Below the pieces are notes generated by a model. That model was not told the DNA's origin and did no database searches. It worked only from the letters and a program-made list of their open reading frames with translations. Source: Schmidtea polychroa (lineage: Eukaryota). From it: a DNA stretch of 64,000 nt. The translations under genes were made by a program, and so were the position numbers. The first letter of the stretch is position 1. Each line of letters starts with the position of its first letter. Location of the stretch: positions 2,914,001-2,978,000 of the forward strand of contig CM097886.1 in assembly GCA_044892525.1 (NCBI GenBank). Direction: 5' to 3'. This document shows, piece by piece, positions 47,101-59,872 of this stretch.

Positions 47101-48650
47101 TTTATTTTCATATTTTCTAAATTGTTCGCTGGGACTCAAATTGATTGCATAAAGTTTCCCTGAATGTTTTATTGTGTATTCCATCTTCTTTAGAGGAGAA
47201 ATGAATATCAAATGTTTCAATGGCTGCAAACATGAATAGGAAATAATGTAATTTTCACCTGTCGTTTTCATTTCTACTATTGTACAATATTCATACTCGT
47301 TCAAATCAGTTTGACATATGGGGTTATAATCAGTTGCCCATAATGAGGTTTTATTAAGAATATCAGAATTCAGGGACTCTTAAAGCATAATTAATAATTT
47401 TTTATATAAAATTATATTTAAAAATTTTTAATTTTACCAAGTTTGATGGATACCGTAGCTGTCACAGCCTCGTAAATGTTATCCATTGAAATTATCGTCT
47501 TTTGATTAGGAATTAACTTCAAAAAATCATAACCTCCGAAATATTCCATTTGACTGAATTCTAAAAATAATTAAACATAAATGGCAACGATCTCATTATA
47601 CGAATCCTCAACTCGAACATTCGTTTTACGATATATTTTGACAATTTTCCTGTTTGTCCTACCTGATGATGACTGGAAAACTGTCGAAATATATCGTAAA
47701 ATATATCGAGTGGTGCTTTCTTATAACTAGTTAGATAAGTTTAATAAAATGAGGTTTACGTTTATCACATTTTGGTACATCACATTCTTCCTTTTTATTA
47801 TCCTCCGAGTAATAGCACCAAGGACTTTCTGACATATCTGGATTACGACATTTATTTCCTACAATATTGAGGTCCTTTTCCGGAAAAGAATCTTCAGAAT
47901 GTGTTTTTTGATTAATCCAAGGATGGCAACTTTTACCGGATTTCGTGTAATTTAAGTCACCAAGATATTCTGTCCCTTTGTCGGTATCCTTGCACCAATT
48001 TCGATCTAATAATTATGGAATACATAAATAAATTCAAATTCAAATTTATTTCACCTTTAATACAACTTTTAATATTGCAATATTCCCATTTTAATGTATT
48101 CTCGTCGATAAAGCACCACGGACCGTTTGGAAAGTTTGTTGGATTTCGACAGTAATTGTTACCAATAAGTGACTTACTGTGATAATTTATCGTTTTATCC
48201 GTTTGTAATTTATTTATAACTTCCTCTTTCCAAGCAATGCATTGTTGTCCATTTTTCGTTATGCTCGACGTTCCAATGTATTCTCTTCCGTGAGTCGTGA
48301 TTTTGCAGTTTTCAATATCTAAATGTAAAATTCATTATTTTAGAAATAAATTTTACTATTAAATTATCTTTTATAACTACATTTCTATTTCATATAATAT
48401 AAAATTTTGATCGATTGTCGGATATGAAAATAAAAAAAAATTAAAAATAAAAAATAAAAAAATAAATGAAAACTATGGAAAATTTTAAATAATTAAATAA
48501 AATTACTCACGAAATAAAATAATTAATTACTCACAGTTTATATTTAAATTTAAATCAAAATAAATTGAAAAGCAATTTCTAACTTGTAAAATAGCATGAA
48601 GCGAGTCTGCTCAGCAATGGTAAAGCAAGTAGGAAACAAGTATAAATCAT
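47101..48650 (-). CDS. Signal peptide + 2 kringle + linker module, copy 3; exons 48650-48584, 48318-48055, 48005-47760, 47560-47438, 47378-47101 (326 aa, open at the 3' donor)
   Basis: MIYTCFLLALPLLSRLASCYFT leader. Exons 2-4 have the same lengths as in copies 1 and 2 (264, 246, 123 nt) and the same phases. Kringle cysteines and YCRNP/PWC motifs intact. Confidence 0.85.
47660..47698 (+). ncRNA. Minimal type I hammerhead ribozyme in kringle-3 intron 3 (antisense to the gene)
   Basis: UAC-CUGAUGA-U-GACUG-gaaaa-CUGUC-GAAA-UAUAU-C^GUA; one stem II mismatch; stem I co-varies with the 39263 copy. Confidence 0.68.
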
Positions 48651-49401
48651 TGACTTTGTTGTTTAAATAATATCTGTATAATAATTCTTTTCAATATCGA
48701 AAGTTTGTGCTTATATACCTTTGTCAAAGGTCGAAAACAGGTGCATCCTGCCCAGTGAACCAATCAATCCTTCCGTGATGTGGTCATTTTGAAAGTTTCC
48801 GACTAGGAATTTTTTTTTCAATTTCACATGAATTTACGCTGTTTGCCAAAAATTGAGAAACGCTTTCTTTCTGTTGCTACATGAAAAGTAAAAATTAATT
48901 AAATTATCGCGTTTCGTCGAAATTTATTATTTGCGCAAATTTGCAAAAATAATAAATTATTCCGTGATTTGATTGGACAGATGTTTAATTTAATATGCAA
49001 GTTAATTTTTCAATAATTTCATGTTAATTTTTAAATATTTATTTTATTTTCAGTTAAAATATTTAATTTTTAAGCATTGGGTGTTTATGTTCGTAATGAC
49101 TCGAATAGTGCGATTTTGAATAATACTGATTCCTATTTAGTAGGAGTAATAAGTTTCAATACTAAAGTATTATTTGAAAAATTATTTAAGGATTTCTCGG
49201 AATTTAACATTAAAAAATTATCTAATAACAAAAATTCTTATCCAAAAATTGTATTTCAAATCATTCTTATTTAAACAATATTTTCATATTTTTATTTTTT
49301 AAATTTTTCATTCAAATGAAATCGGTAATGATATTTAACATAACTCTCTCTTCCACTTCTTTAACCAGTTAAGCGTTTTTGACGCATATATGCGTTGGGT
49401 A

Positions 49402-49991
49402 CGTATTCCGACAATCCGCCAACACGACAATCCAGCAAGTACGACAATTCGCCAAACGAAAATCCGCCAACATTAAAAAATTGGCCAACGCTGACATTTA
49501 TAAAAAATAATATTTGTAGGTCATCATATTAAAATTAATTCACATGTACTTGTACAACAAATTTGCTTAAATAATCATTCAAATAAAAGCATTAAAATCA
49601 AATGCCAGTACCTTTATGATCAGTATCATTGCGACATGTAGAATGTGAGTAGTACTCGTGTGAGCAATACCCATAGGGGGTCAAAACATCTTGTCGGATA
49701 AACTCAGAGTATATATATAATAAAACGAATTAACTCATTCAAATTTATCATTGAATCAGTCAAATTATCACAAATTTTAATAAAAAATCTTGCTTACCTC
49801 TCAGCCAGTTAAATTGTTTAAATATTTAATTAAAATTTTATATTAAACAATTACTAGTTGATTCTTATCTTTCAGCGGAGAATTTATTATTAAAATTTTA
49901 AAAATATAATAAATTTAAGATGTATGTATGTTAGAACAAAAATTTATCGACTTTTTGGCAGATTGTCGCTTTGGTGGATTGTCATACAACC
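49402..49991. mobile_element. Non-autonomous TIR element (about 580 bp); near-identical inverted copy at 61871-62441
   Basis: Termini built from cgacaat(c/t)cgccaa repeats; internal sequence matches the partner almost base for base. Confidence 0.9.
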
Positions 49992-50551
49992 ATCAGATCC
50001 TATGAAATATAACTCGTTTAATTTATTTATTTACATATAAAAATCTATTAGACCAGCGGTTCTTAAACTTTCTTCTTCGCGGACCAACAAAATAAAAAAT
50101 CTGAAATTTGCGGACCATTAAATAAAATTAGGCTTCGCAATTTATGCGTGTTTATGGATTAGTAAAAAATTTCATCGGCGACTAGGTATAAAATTTTGTG
50201 ATTTTTTAATTTTAGGTGTGAATTGCAGTTACAATTTAAACCAAAACGCATCCAACCAGTTTGTGAATTTCTGTCACAATTAAATCAACCCATTGTGATT
50301 TTTAGTTACGACATTGGACATTTATGGACATTTGAAATAGAAATTGGTAATTCTCAAAACGATATAGTAATTTATTATTTTTTACAGTGACCCCTGATGT
50401 ATGTCAAAACTGCCCCCAACTGCTGACCGTTGATATATTTAGCATGAATAAGTAAATTTAAAGAAAATCTATTTTTATTTTATTTAATGAAATCAATTTC
50501 TATATTTTAATAATAAAAATGATTATTTAATGAGGACTGTTATGTATTGTA

Positions 50552-51604
50552 ATGAGTAAAAAAAACAATTCATCTACACGGGAAGAGCGTAAAAAGGAAG
50601 CTTTTGAATCTTTAGAGAGTGATCGATACACTATTGAATGCAGACTGGGAGATGGGGGATTTTGTGAAGTATTTAAAGCCAAAGATCTTGTAGCGGATAA
50701 ATATGTTGCAATCAAAAGAACAGATAGATCAAAGAATGCCTACAAAAAATACACGGCGGAAGAAGTAGAAAAAAAGATCAAAAAAATTATGTATAGAGAG
50801 GCTTCAATCATGCAAGCTCTTGATCATCCTAATTTAGTGAAAATATACGAAATGGTTGATGATGGTAAAAATATTTATTTAGTAATTGAATTAGCGGAAG
50901 GCGGAGAATTATTTGATAGAATCATCAAAAGAAAAAAGTTTTCAGAGAGAGATGCGGCAATTGTTTTGAAACAAATGATTAATGGCATAAAATACATGCA
51001 TGAACATGGATATGTACATAGAGATATTAAACCGGAAAATGTCTTATTTAAGACCCCAGCTGAAAATTCCAAATTAATGATCACAGATTTCGGTTTGTCT
51101 AGAGAAATTAGTGATAAAATGATGACGAATTGTGGCACAGTTGATTATTCGGCTCCTGAACTGTTAAAAAGTAAGTTAACGAAATCGGGTTATGGTGAAA
51201 AAGTCGATAATTGGAGTATAGGAGTTGTTGCGTACATATTGCTTTGTGGATATCCTCCATTTTATTCATTAAACCGGGACGAAAATGAGGTAAAGCGTCA
51301 AATAATGGGTGGAAATTATCATTTTCATCGACCTCATTGGGACTTCATTACAAAAACCGGGAAAAAGTTCGTATCTTCTTTGTTGAAAGTTGAACCGTCC
51401 GAAAGAATGTCTTTAGGTACTGCTTTAGATGATCCATTTCTACAAATTGACAAAAGTGCTACGGCAAACATTTATCCTATGTTAGAAAACAGTCTGATGG
51501 AGACTATTGCAGCTCAAAGATGGAGATGTTTGGGTTTAGCTGCCAATGCCATACACAGTTTAACGCTTGCTAGTCCGACTATGAGAAAACGTCTGAATAA
51601 TTAA
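50552..51604 (+). CDS. CaMKI-like Ser/Thr kinase B (intronless, 350 aa, with regulatory-type tail)
   Basis: Complete kinase motifs; tail TANIYPML...[18 protein letters not shown] aligns with the CaMKI autoinhibitory/calmodulin-binding segment. Confidence 0.93.
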   Translation: MSKKNNSSTREERKKEAFESLESDRYTIECRLGDGGFCEVFKAKDLVADKYVAIKRTDRSKNAYKKYTAEEVEKKIKKIMYREASIMQALDHPNLVKIYEMVDDGKNIYLVIELAEGGELFDRIIKRKKFSERDAAIVLKQMINGIKYMHEHGYVHRDIKPENVLFKTPAENSKLMITDFGLSREISDKMMTNCGTVDYSAPELLKSKLTKSGYGEKVDNWSIGVVAYILLCGYPPFYSLNRDENEVKRQIMGGNYHFHRPHWDFITKTGKKFVSSLLKVEPSERMSLGTALDDPFLQIDKSATANIYPMLENSLMETIAAQRWRCLGLAANAIHSLTLASPTMRKRLNN

Positions 51605-51954
51605 CGGAGTGGAAGTTAATACTTTTCTTAATTTCTTTCAAAGTTTTACATTATTTAATACGATTATTATTGCTATTATTTTCAAGCAGAATTCTTTTAT
51701 TTGAATATTAATCTTTTATCCAATGTCTTAATAGTCTTTGTTTATCTATTTTATTTTAACCTTATTGTTTCGAAATTTATTTTGTTCTAACTTCAAATTT
51801 AAAAATTTAATTTTTCATTAAATAAAGCTCTCTTAATAAATCTTTTAACTATTGGCTTTCAAAACTCAACAGAGGGAATTTAGAGATAAATGAAATTAGT
51901 ATAAAATATTTTTCCAATCCAGATTGTGACAAACTCGTTATAAATCATCTAGAT

Positions 51955-52601
51955 CAGGGCTGGGGAACCTTTTCATTTCAAAAGGCCACATTCACTTATC
52001 TGATTTAACATAAGGCCGCAGTAAATAAAACATTAACCCCCCCTATAAACCATTATTTTAATTCACATTATAAATTAGCCAAAACGCAATTTAAAATAAT
52101 CTTTTATGAAAAAAATATATATTTACAAATCTAATTTATTATATTGTATATTGTTTAAAAAATGTTATACATACATAAAACATAATGCATATATACATTG
52201 TACATCATTAAAAATATTTGTTAATGTTTCATTTTATCAACTTTTAATGGCTTATTTGCTTCTGCTTTTTGTTAGAAAGCATTTGAATATTCGGTTCAAG
52301 CATAGACGTTCGCAGTATCAGTTGCTCTTCTAAATGTTGATCAGTTATTTGAGTTCGTAATTTGGACTTTATTTGCGTTATAGCCCCAATTTTAAAAAAG
52401 TGGAAAAAGAAAGTTTTTTGAAAAAAGATTTTACTTAAAACAATAGGTAGTATGTTTTTTCCGTAATTTTTTCTAATCATAAGTCTTATCAAATACAAAA
52501 ATCGGTATTACTCAAAAGGCCGCACTAGAATAGCCAAAAGGCCGCACTAGAATAGCCAAAAGGCCGCATGCCGCCTTAAGGCCGCAGGTTCCCCACCTCT
52601 G
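51955..52601 (-). mobile_element. hAT (SPIN/Charlie-like) deletion derivative with 8-bp TSD
   Basis: cagggctggggaacc...ggttccccacctctg flanked by ATCTAGAT on both sides; retains transposase C-terminus KSKLRTQITDQHLEEQL...KQKQISH. Confidence 0.92.
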
Positions 52602-53199
52602 ATCTAGATTATTAGGCTATATAAAGAGGACCAAATGCACAGAAATTGGCTTTTAGCCTTAGCTAGGGAATAAAGAATAAGTAAAAATATAATTTGTAAA
52701 AAACGAAGTTTTGAAAATATTTCGAAACTTATCAATCAGATATGATCATCAAAAATGGTTTGGAAGATAATATTATGCAGTATATTATATTATGCAGTTA
52801 TGTTATTATGCAGTCCCAATAACTGGTAGCAAAAGCCCAACTCTCAGTTTTTAATTATTGCAGTTGGAACTATTCAATTTTAACATTTGTGATATTCAGT
52901 ATACTTTGCAAGTTGCTGGATGTTGACAAAAAACATTGAAAATCAGTAATTGACTGACTAATATTATTTTCTAACGCAAGTGTTTCAATGTAAATCAGGA
53001 CGGGGAAATTATAAAACTTTTTAAGTTAGGATTTTATACCTGACAATATAATATTCCAGTCATTCATCACATCATCTATTTAAACATCCATCATACCTCA
53101 GTCATTCATCTCACCATTCATTCCAGCCTTTCGTTAAGTTAAAGACTAATACAAGGTTTTATGAAAAATTACACCAAACCATGACTATTAAACCAGTTT

Positions 53200-54580
53200 A
53201 TTTTGGCAAAAATTGTTCTTTTCCAAATCTTGCGGGGACGATCGCGCTACTTTGGTGGCTCCTCGTATATCCAGGAGACTGAGCTTGGGGTAGCGATATT
53301 TCAGTGCTGGAGCTTCGCCAGTTCTCGTTTCCGTCCATCATCATGGCTGTTTAGGAACTTCCATAGGTATCTTCAATCAGGCCGTGTTCGATGTCCCGCT
53401 CGACCCGTCGTAGCCTTGTGATGGACTGGTGGATCTCGTTCATCTTCACTTGTCTTCATTATAATACTTTAATATTACTAATTATATGATATCATTAAAC
53501 TTCCAAGACCCAACATTTTCGAGATTTAACTTCAAAAATAGTCAGCTATTTTAATTAATTAATTCTCGGAGTAAATCATTTAAAAATTCTAAAACGGAAC
53601 TTAGAATCTGATCTTAATATTAAAGCCATAGTAAAGTTCCATTAATTTATCATAGTTAATGGCCATAAAATGATTATTCATTGCACTTTGTAGTATGATT
53701 AACCTAAAGAAACAGTTGATTAAGTTCGACATGTCTTAGGTATAATTTGGTAGCCCTTCACTCTCCTGATACCTTTAGAGTTTTCAATAAATTATCCATC
53801 TTCAAATTTGTCAGAATTCTATTGAATTTAAGGCGGCTTGTAGGGTTTGGTTAGCTTTGTCACTAACTCCTTCCGCTTTTAATGGGATGATATTTGAAAT
53901 CTTGTGCAGGGATCCCCACTTATCTTTTAAGTACCTAACTTATACTCATAACTTTACAATAATTTACAAATATAACGAACTTAATAAAATATTAAAGTGT
54001 CTGGTTATTATGACTTTATTTCCTGAAAGTAATTGGTACATAATTTGTTCTAACTTTATAATAAGTTATATGTAGTTAACTACAACTTTACAATAACCCT
54101 AGTGTAATGTGAATAAATTTAAGTCTATGGAGATGATTTGTTCATTTCTCTCGGTCCATCGGACGTCTGAGAAACGAACTCTTAATGTCTTATATATTGA
54201 TTGGCTTAATGATGATTTTATGTATGTGGTATCCTGCATGTACAATACGTGATAAATTAGTAAAATTGTTCGTCGCATCGGCCTACCAGATTTGGTACGG
54301 CAAACCCTTAGTGTTGTGTGAGACCCTCGGCTACATCTCAACCAAAACCACACTGTAGCGGTGATCGATTGTGTGTTTACTATAATTGAGCCAAACCCAG
54401 ACAATGCCCAGCAGAATCACTATCTACGTTGGCCACCATGAAGTGCTTGCTATACAGGTCGGTAGCACTACTTCGTATGCACAGCGCAATATAACCGGTA
54501 CTTCTGGTGAAAATAAATTTAATTTCTTGTGTTAGTAGTTGGCTGTGGGCCCGAAAAGAAGAACCGTAGGGCTATAATGA
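53200..54580 (-). mobile_element. Possible LTR-retroelement remnant with LTR-like segment at about 54355-54577
   Basis: tgtagc...ggcta(t)a termini, TGGT just inside on the minus strand, GC-richer decayed coding DNA. Confidence 0.35.
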
Positions 54581-57064
54581 ATCTCGTTAATCCAAACAAA
54601 ATGAAATGGAATATAAACGATGATTTTATGAAACCCTATATTTTTATCATAACATATAAGAATTCCTAATTAATATTTTGCTCAAAATATTGAAAAAATA
54701 TAGAAAGCTTTCTTAAAAATCCTACATTTTATTCAGAACATAGAACGTTACCATCACGAAAAAAGGTAAATTCGATAGATTGTCACTGTCTTACTCAACT
54801 TTAGCAAACAGACTGTAGTCAGTCAAATATTTTGCGAACAATTGGGAGACTATCAATAATGCTTTCAAGTGAAGAAGTTGATGATGCTGTTAGGCTTAGC
54901 TAAAAATTAAGAGCTTCTTTTAATAAGTGTTAATAATAATAATATAATATTAATAATAACATACAAACCACACCAAGTTGAATTAAAATCTATGATTATA
55001 CACCAATTAATACAAAGAAAATTACACAACACACTGAGAATAAATAAAACACGTATAATAAAATTGGTGAACTCAAGAAGATGCAATCACCAACATAGTT
55101 AAGAGAGAAATAACGCATTTGAAAATTTGCCAACTCGAAAATAAAAGAAAAATAAATAAAATAAATAATTAAAAATATAAAAAATTTAATAAAATTGGTC
55201 GTATTTACATAAGAAGGACCATAATCAAATTAATTAGGAATGTTACAGCTCGTATTTCTATACAAAAGAGCTATGACAAAGTGTGCAAAATTTAATAAAA
55301 AAACAAGAGAAAGTTATTTAAAGAAAATGAAAAAAGGAATAATTAAAAAAAATAAAAAAATTTCCATTAAAATTGATAAGGAAATAATGAAATGAAATAA
55401 AAAAATTATTAAATAAGTCGATTGTTTAAAATGTTGGGTGTTTGCTAATTCAAGTCGGTAACCTCTGACTCCTCGTGTCCTTTTAATCAAGTCAATAAAC
55501 TAACCAACGTATATTTGAATAACAAAAATGTATAACTCTCAACAATAACTAATCAATAACCAAAATTCAAGTTTGACCGATTTTCCGCTCGGTGTTGATG
55601 CTTTGACAAAAGACTTTTCACTTTTTACGTATCTCTTATTCTATATTTCCTTTTTCGCCTAATCTCCTTAATTCGCCATTTTGAATTTTGACTTTGCTTT
55701 TTTACTAGAATAATCACTTTGATTAATCGGTTTTTGACCTGATTGCTCATATCTGACAATGGTTTGACAACCGGCTCCTTGAACGTTGTTTGCACCATAT
55801 CGTGATTAATTGGCTCCCTTTGCTACTCCTTCGTAATAGCCCTAAACCTTTTTTGTCTCCATTAATCATGATGTCATGATAATGGCCTTCTGAGATTCTC
55901 ATTTTGTTTACTTTTCATGTCAATCGAGCTCGGGTTTCCTTCATCTCTCGGGTTTTACATTGGCTCGGATTTTCTATAAGCCAATTAAAGACACAAATAG
56001 AGACAAAGTTGGGAGACGAAATAGAAACAAAAATTTAGTCTATTTGTAACGATTTGTAAAGAATAATTGTGAAAAATAATTGTTGAAGAAGATTTGAAGA
56101 AAAGAATTAGTTGACAAATTAGACGAAAAAAAGTTGATAAACCAATCAGTAATTAGTGATCTTTAAATCCGGTGTTAAATACAAGTGTTATTAAGCATTG
56201 TATAGTCACCAAGCAGAGTGTTGAATTGATTGTCAGTCTAAAGTGAAAGTTATTTCTGCCGTCATGTGTTATTTGAGGATCAGTCAAAGACACGCTTGGA
56301 GTCAGAGTAAGAATTTTAATTTTATTACAAACCCAATAACCCAACAATGATAATTATGCATATTAAAATTGACGACTCATTTAAGATTTTTTAAAATAAT
56401 GGAGTTGATAACATGGTTATGGTAAGAGGTAGAAAGGAAATATCCATATACAAATACAGTCGCAAGAGAAAAAATCTTACCTTTCCCATCATCATATTTG
56501 GTTTTAGTACAGCTAGTAATCTATTGCTAAAGAAAAGGAATAATTTTCACATCACAAAAAGAAGGGATTTAAGGCTAAAATTGACTAAACTAGTTCCTCA
56601 TATAAAGCAACTCTGTAGCAATCTTAACACAAAAAATTCAAATAAATTTTAAAGTTATCTTTTCATTGTTTTCGTTCATATTAATGATATTAGATTTAAT
56701 AAGCAAAATTGAAATTTTTAACTGTTTGTAAAATAATTTGTTAATTAATTCAAAAACTGAGGCAATTTGACTTTAAAACTCTATTTTTTGGGACATAGAG
56801 CATAAGATGTTGAGAAGCACGGGTTTTAACTAAAGCGAAATAAAATTGAATACTAACCACAATTTGCTTTTGGTTATCAACTTTATAGCAGTTTTTATAA
56901 AATTTCCATCATTGATTATGGAAATGCAAATATTGGAAATCACCATTTCCAGATTTAGAAATGTCATTCGTTTAAAGTAGAACCAGTCTCAGCTACGAAA
57001 ATACATTTTTACAATGCAGAAATTCTAAAATTCAACAATGAAATAAAAAGAAGAGAACTAAATT

Positions 57065-57404
57065 GGGTACTTCCGTGTTATCTTATCCCCAAAAATTAAA
57101 TTATAAAATACAATTAAAATAACAATATAAAAAATGAGAGAATACATTATTGATGACGTTATAGTTATTGAACATTATTTATGTGATATTAGTTTATGTG
57201 GCGCAAACGTGTTCTAAGCAACAGTGCCGATGTGTTCGACACTATTCTCAGCGACATTGTGGTTTTCTGGCCACCTGGATGACCATTTACAAACTCTACA
57301 AACATTTGCTGAGTTTGTAACTGTGATTTAGAAAATAAATATAATAATTATATGTGTGTTCTTTTTTAATTTAATTTTGGGGGTAAGATAACACGGAAGT
57401 ACCC
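57065..57404. mobile_element. MITE with TIR gggtacttccgtgttatctta
   Basis: About 38-bp imperfect inverted termini; TAAATT on both flanks. Confidence 0.85.
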
Positions 57405-57566
57405 TAAATTGCCCAAATTACATTCAATAATAGAAAGAGCAACCAAACATCGTAATCAACGCGCATAGCATTCAAAATCCCAATGTTTCCCCAGCATTCA
57501 TTCACATTTCACTCTTTCAAATACTACAAAACAAGACTACATTGTATTAAAACAAAAATTGATTTA

Positions 57567-58922
57567 TTAACGCTTGTTGGATTTCCTTTTGTGTGATTTT
57601 CTACTGGATCTTGATCTACTACGTGATCTTCTTGACCGTTTACTCTGAGAATGGCTTGACTGTTGATCACTATCATGATGCCGCTTAGAATCCTATTTTT
57701 GTAAAAAATAAAATTTTAGTCAGATAAACAAAAAACTCATGAAAATAAAAAACCCTCAATCGATTTTTATCCGAATCATCTCTATGATCTAGTCTAATAA
57801 CTCGAGAACGAATTTCAACTGTTTCACCTTTATTAGACCTACTAAAGGACGAATCATAAACATGCCGTTTAGTTTTGGATCGTTTCGATGGAGATGATCG
57901 GTGAGTATTGTTATTATTCGGGCTCATATTTCCTCGACGTTCTGACTTGTTTTTGGTGGATTTATATTCTTTGTCTAAGGGAACATCGATTTTGGGCAAT
58001 AAATTGTCGTCGTCGTCGTCCTCCTCATCGTCGTATTCTTCGTTCTCTTCCCGCTCTTCTTCCGAAGATTCATTTCCATAAGAAACCAAACTTGTGATAT
58101 TTCTATTTTCATCATTTTTCTTATTCTTAGGACTGAAATCGTGAGATTTGATCAAAGACAAATTGAAATTCTCATCATTATCCGACAACGGATATCCATC
58201 GGGATCTTCATTGTCCGATGATTTCTTATCTTCCGATTGAGACTCCATTAACTGCCAACGGCTTTGAACGATTTCACTTTCTTCATCTGCGGGATCAACT
58301 GTTTCCCATTTACTGGGAACGAACAACGGTTCTTTGGTGACTCGTTTCGTCTGGGGCGATGAAGGATTGGCAAACATATCCCTGGAACCGTTATCAAAAT
58401 GAGAAAAGGGAATTATTATATTCGCATACAATATTTCCGTGCTACTGGTTGACTCAGTTACTTTATTGTCCAATGGGACACCGTCAACATCCAGGGGGTC
58501 ACCATCATAATCGACAAGGGGTTTAACACCCAGTAGATTTTCTTCCGAAACTTTTACATTGGATTTTTCATCTGATAAAACTGGAGGCTGAAATTTAATC
58601 ATAAAAATTTCAGAGAAACTTAAAAATATTCAAGTTAGAATCAAGAATATAAGATAGGAAGAGGTGGACTGATTTCCATCGCCAAATTTTACTCCATTAG
58701 ATTTATTTAAAAATAATTTTCATTCAACCAAACATCGATATTTAATAAGCTAAAGTTGTTAGTAATCTTTAAATTTATACCGTAAATTGTTCAGCACATC
58801 ACAAAAATAGTAACCTATTTGCAAATTTCCTTTATTTTGAATTTATTTCAGACTTTAATATATAATAATAATATACGAATATTTTTACTCAAAACAGCGT
58901 CTTCATTTCCCTATTGGATATG

Positions 58923-59011
<89 letters not shown>

Positions 59012-59832
59012 GAATTAATATTATTAAATATATAATTCAGGCAAATTGATTTTAATTGATTAAATACTAATTTACATTTTAATGTTATAAATGCAAGTAA
59101 TAAAACAAGTTTTGTCTTTTATTTTATTTTCGTTTCATACTTTACTAATATTGGTTTTTATATCCTTTATATTTTTTTATACATATTAGTATTTTCGTTA
59201 TATTTTCCGGAATGATGGAAATATAGTAGAAATGATATAGTAGTTAAATTATAATATGTAAGTACCCAATTTGATTATTTTCTAACTTCGTCGAAATAAA
59301 ATTATTAAAATGGATTTATTTCTCAATTTTTCTATTAATTTCATAAAAATACATTTCAAAAATATATGTATTCAAATATTTTTAAAACTTTTGGATTTTA
59401 TTTATTAAAAAGCTTGACTAAGAATCAGTAAATATATCAAAAGTATCGATATATTTACTGATTCATAGTCAAGCCTTTTAATAAATACAATGTCAATGGA
59501 AGAGAAATCAGTGGTGAAATTTGAAAAGGGATAGGAAGAGGTGGACTGATTTCCATCGCCAAATTTTACTCCATTAGATTTATTTAAAAATAAACACGTG
59601 AAAACTAATTTTCATTCAACAAAACATCGATATTTAAAAAGCTAAAGTTGTTAGTAATCTCCATATTTAATCCTTAACAGGTCATTTATTTTCATTTCAA
59701 CTAAACTTTTCGAATGTAATTTTCCATTTATTTTTATAAAATTCTAAATTTATACCGTAAATTGTTCAGCAGATCACAAAAATAGTAACCTATTTGCAAA
59801 TTTCCTTTATTTTGAATTTCTTTCAGACTTTA

Positions 59833-59872
<40 letters not shown>

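Noticed and set aside
58819-59013. Poly-Ile ORF (and poly-Asn ORF 19540-19758)
   Set aside because: Translation of ATT/AAT microsatellites.
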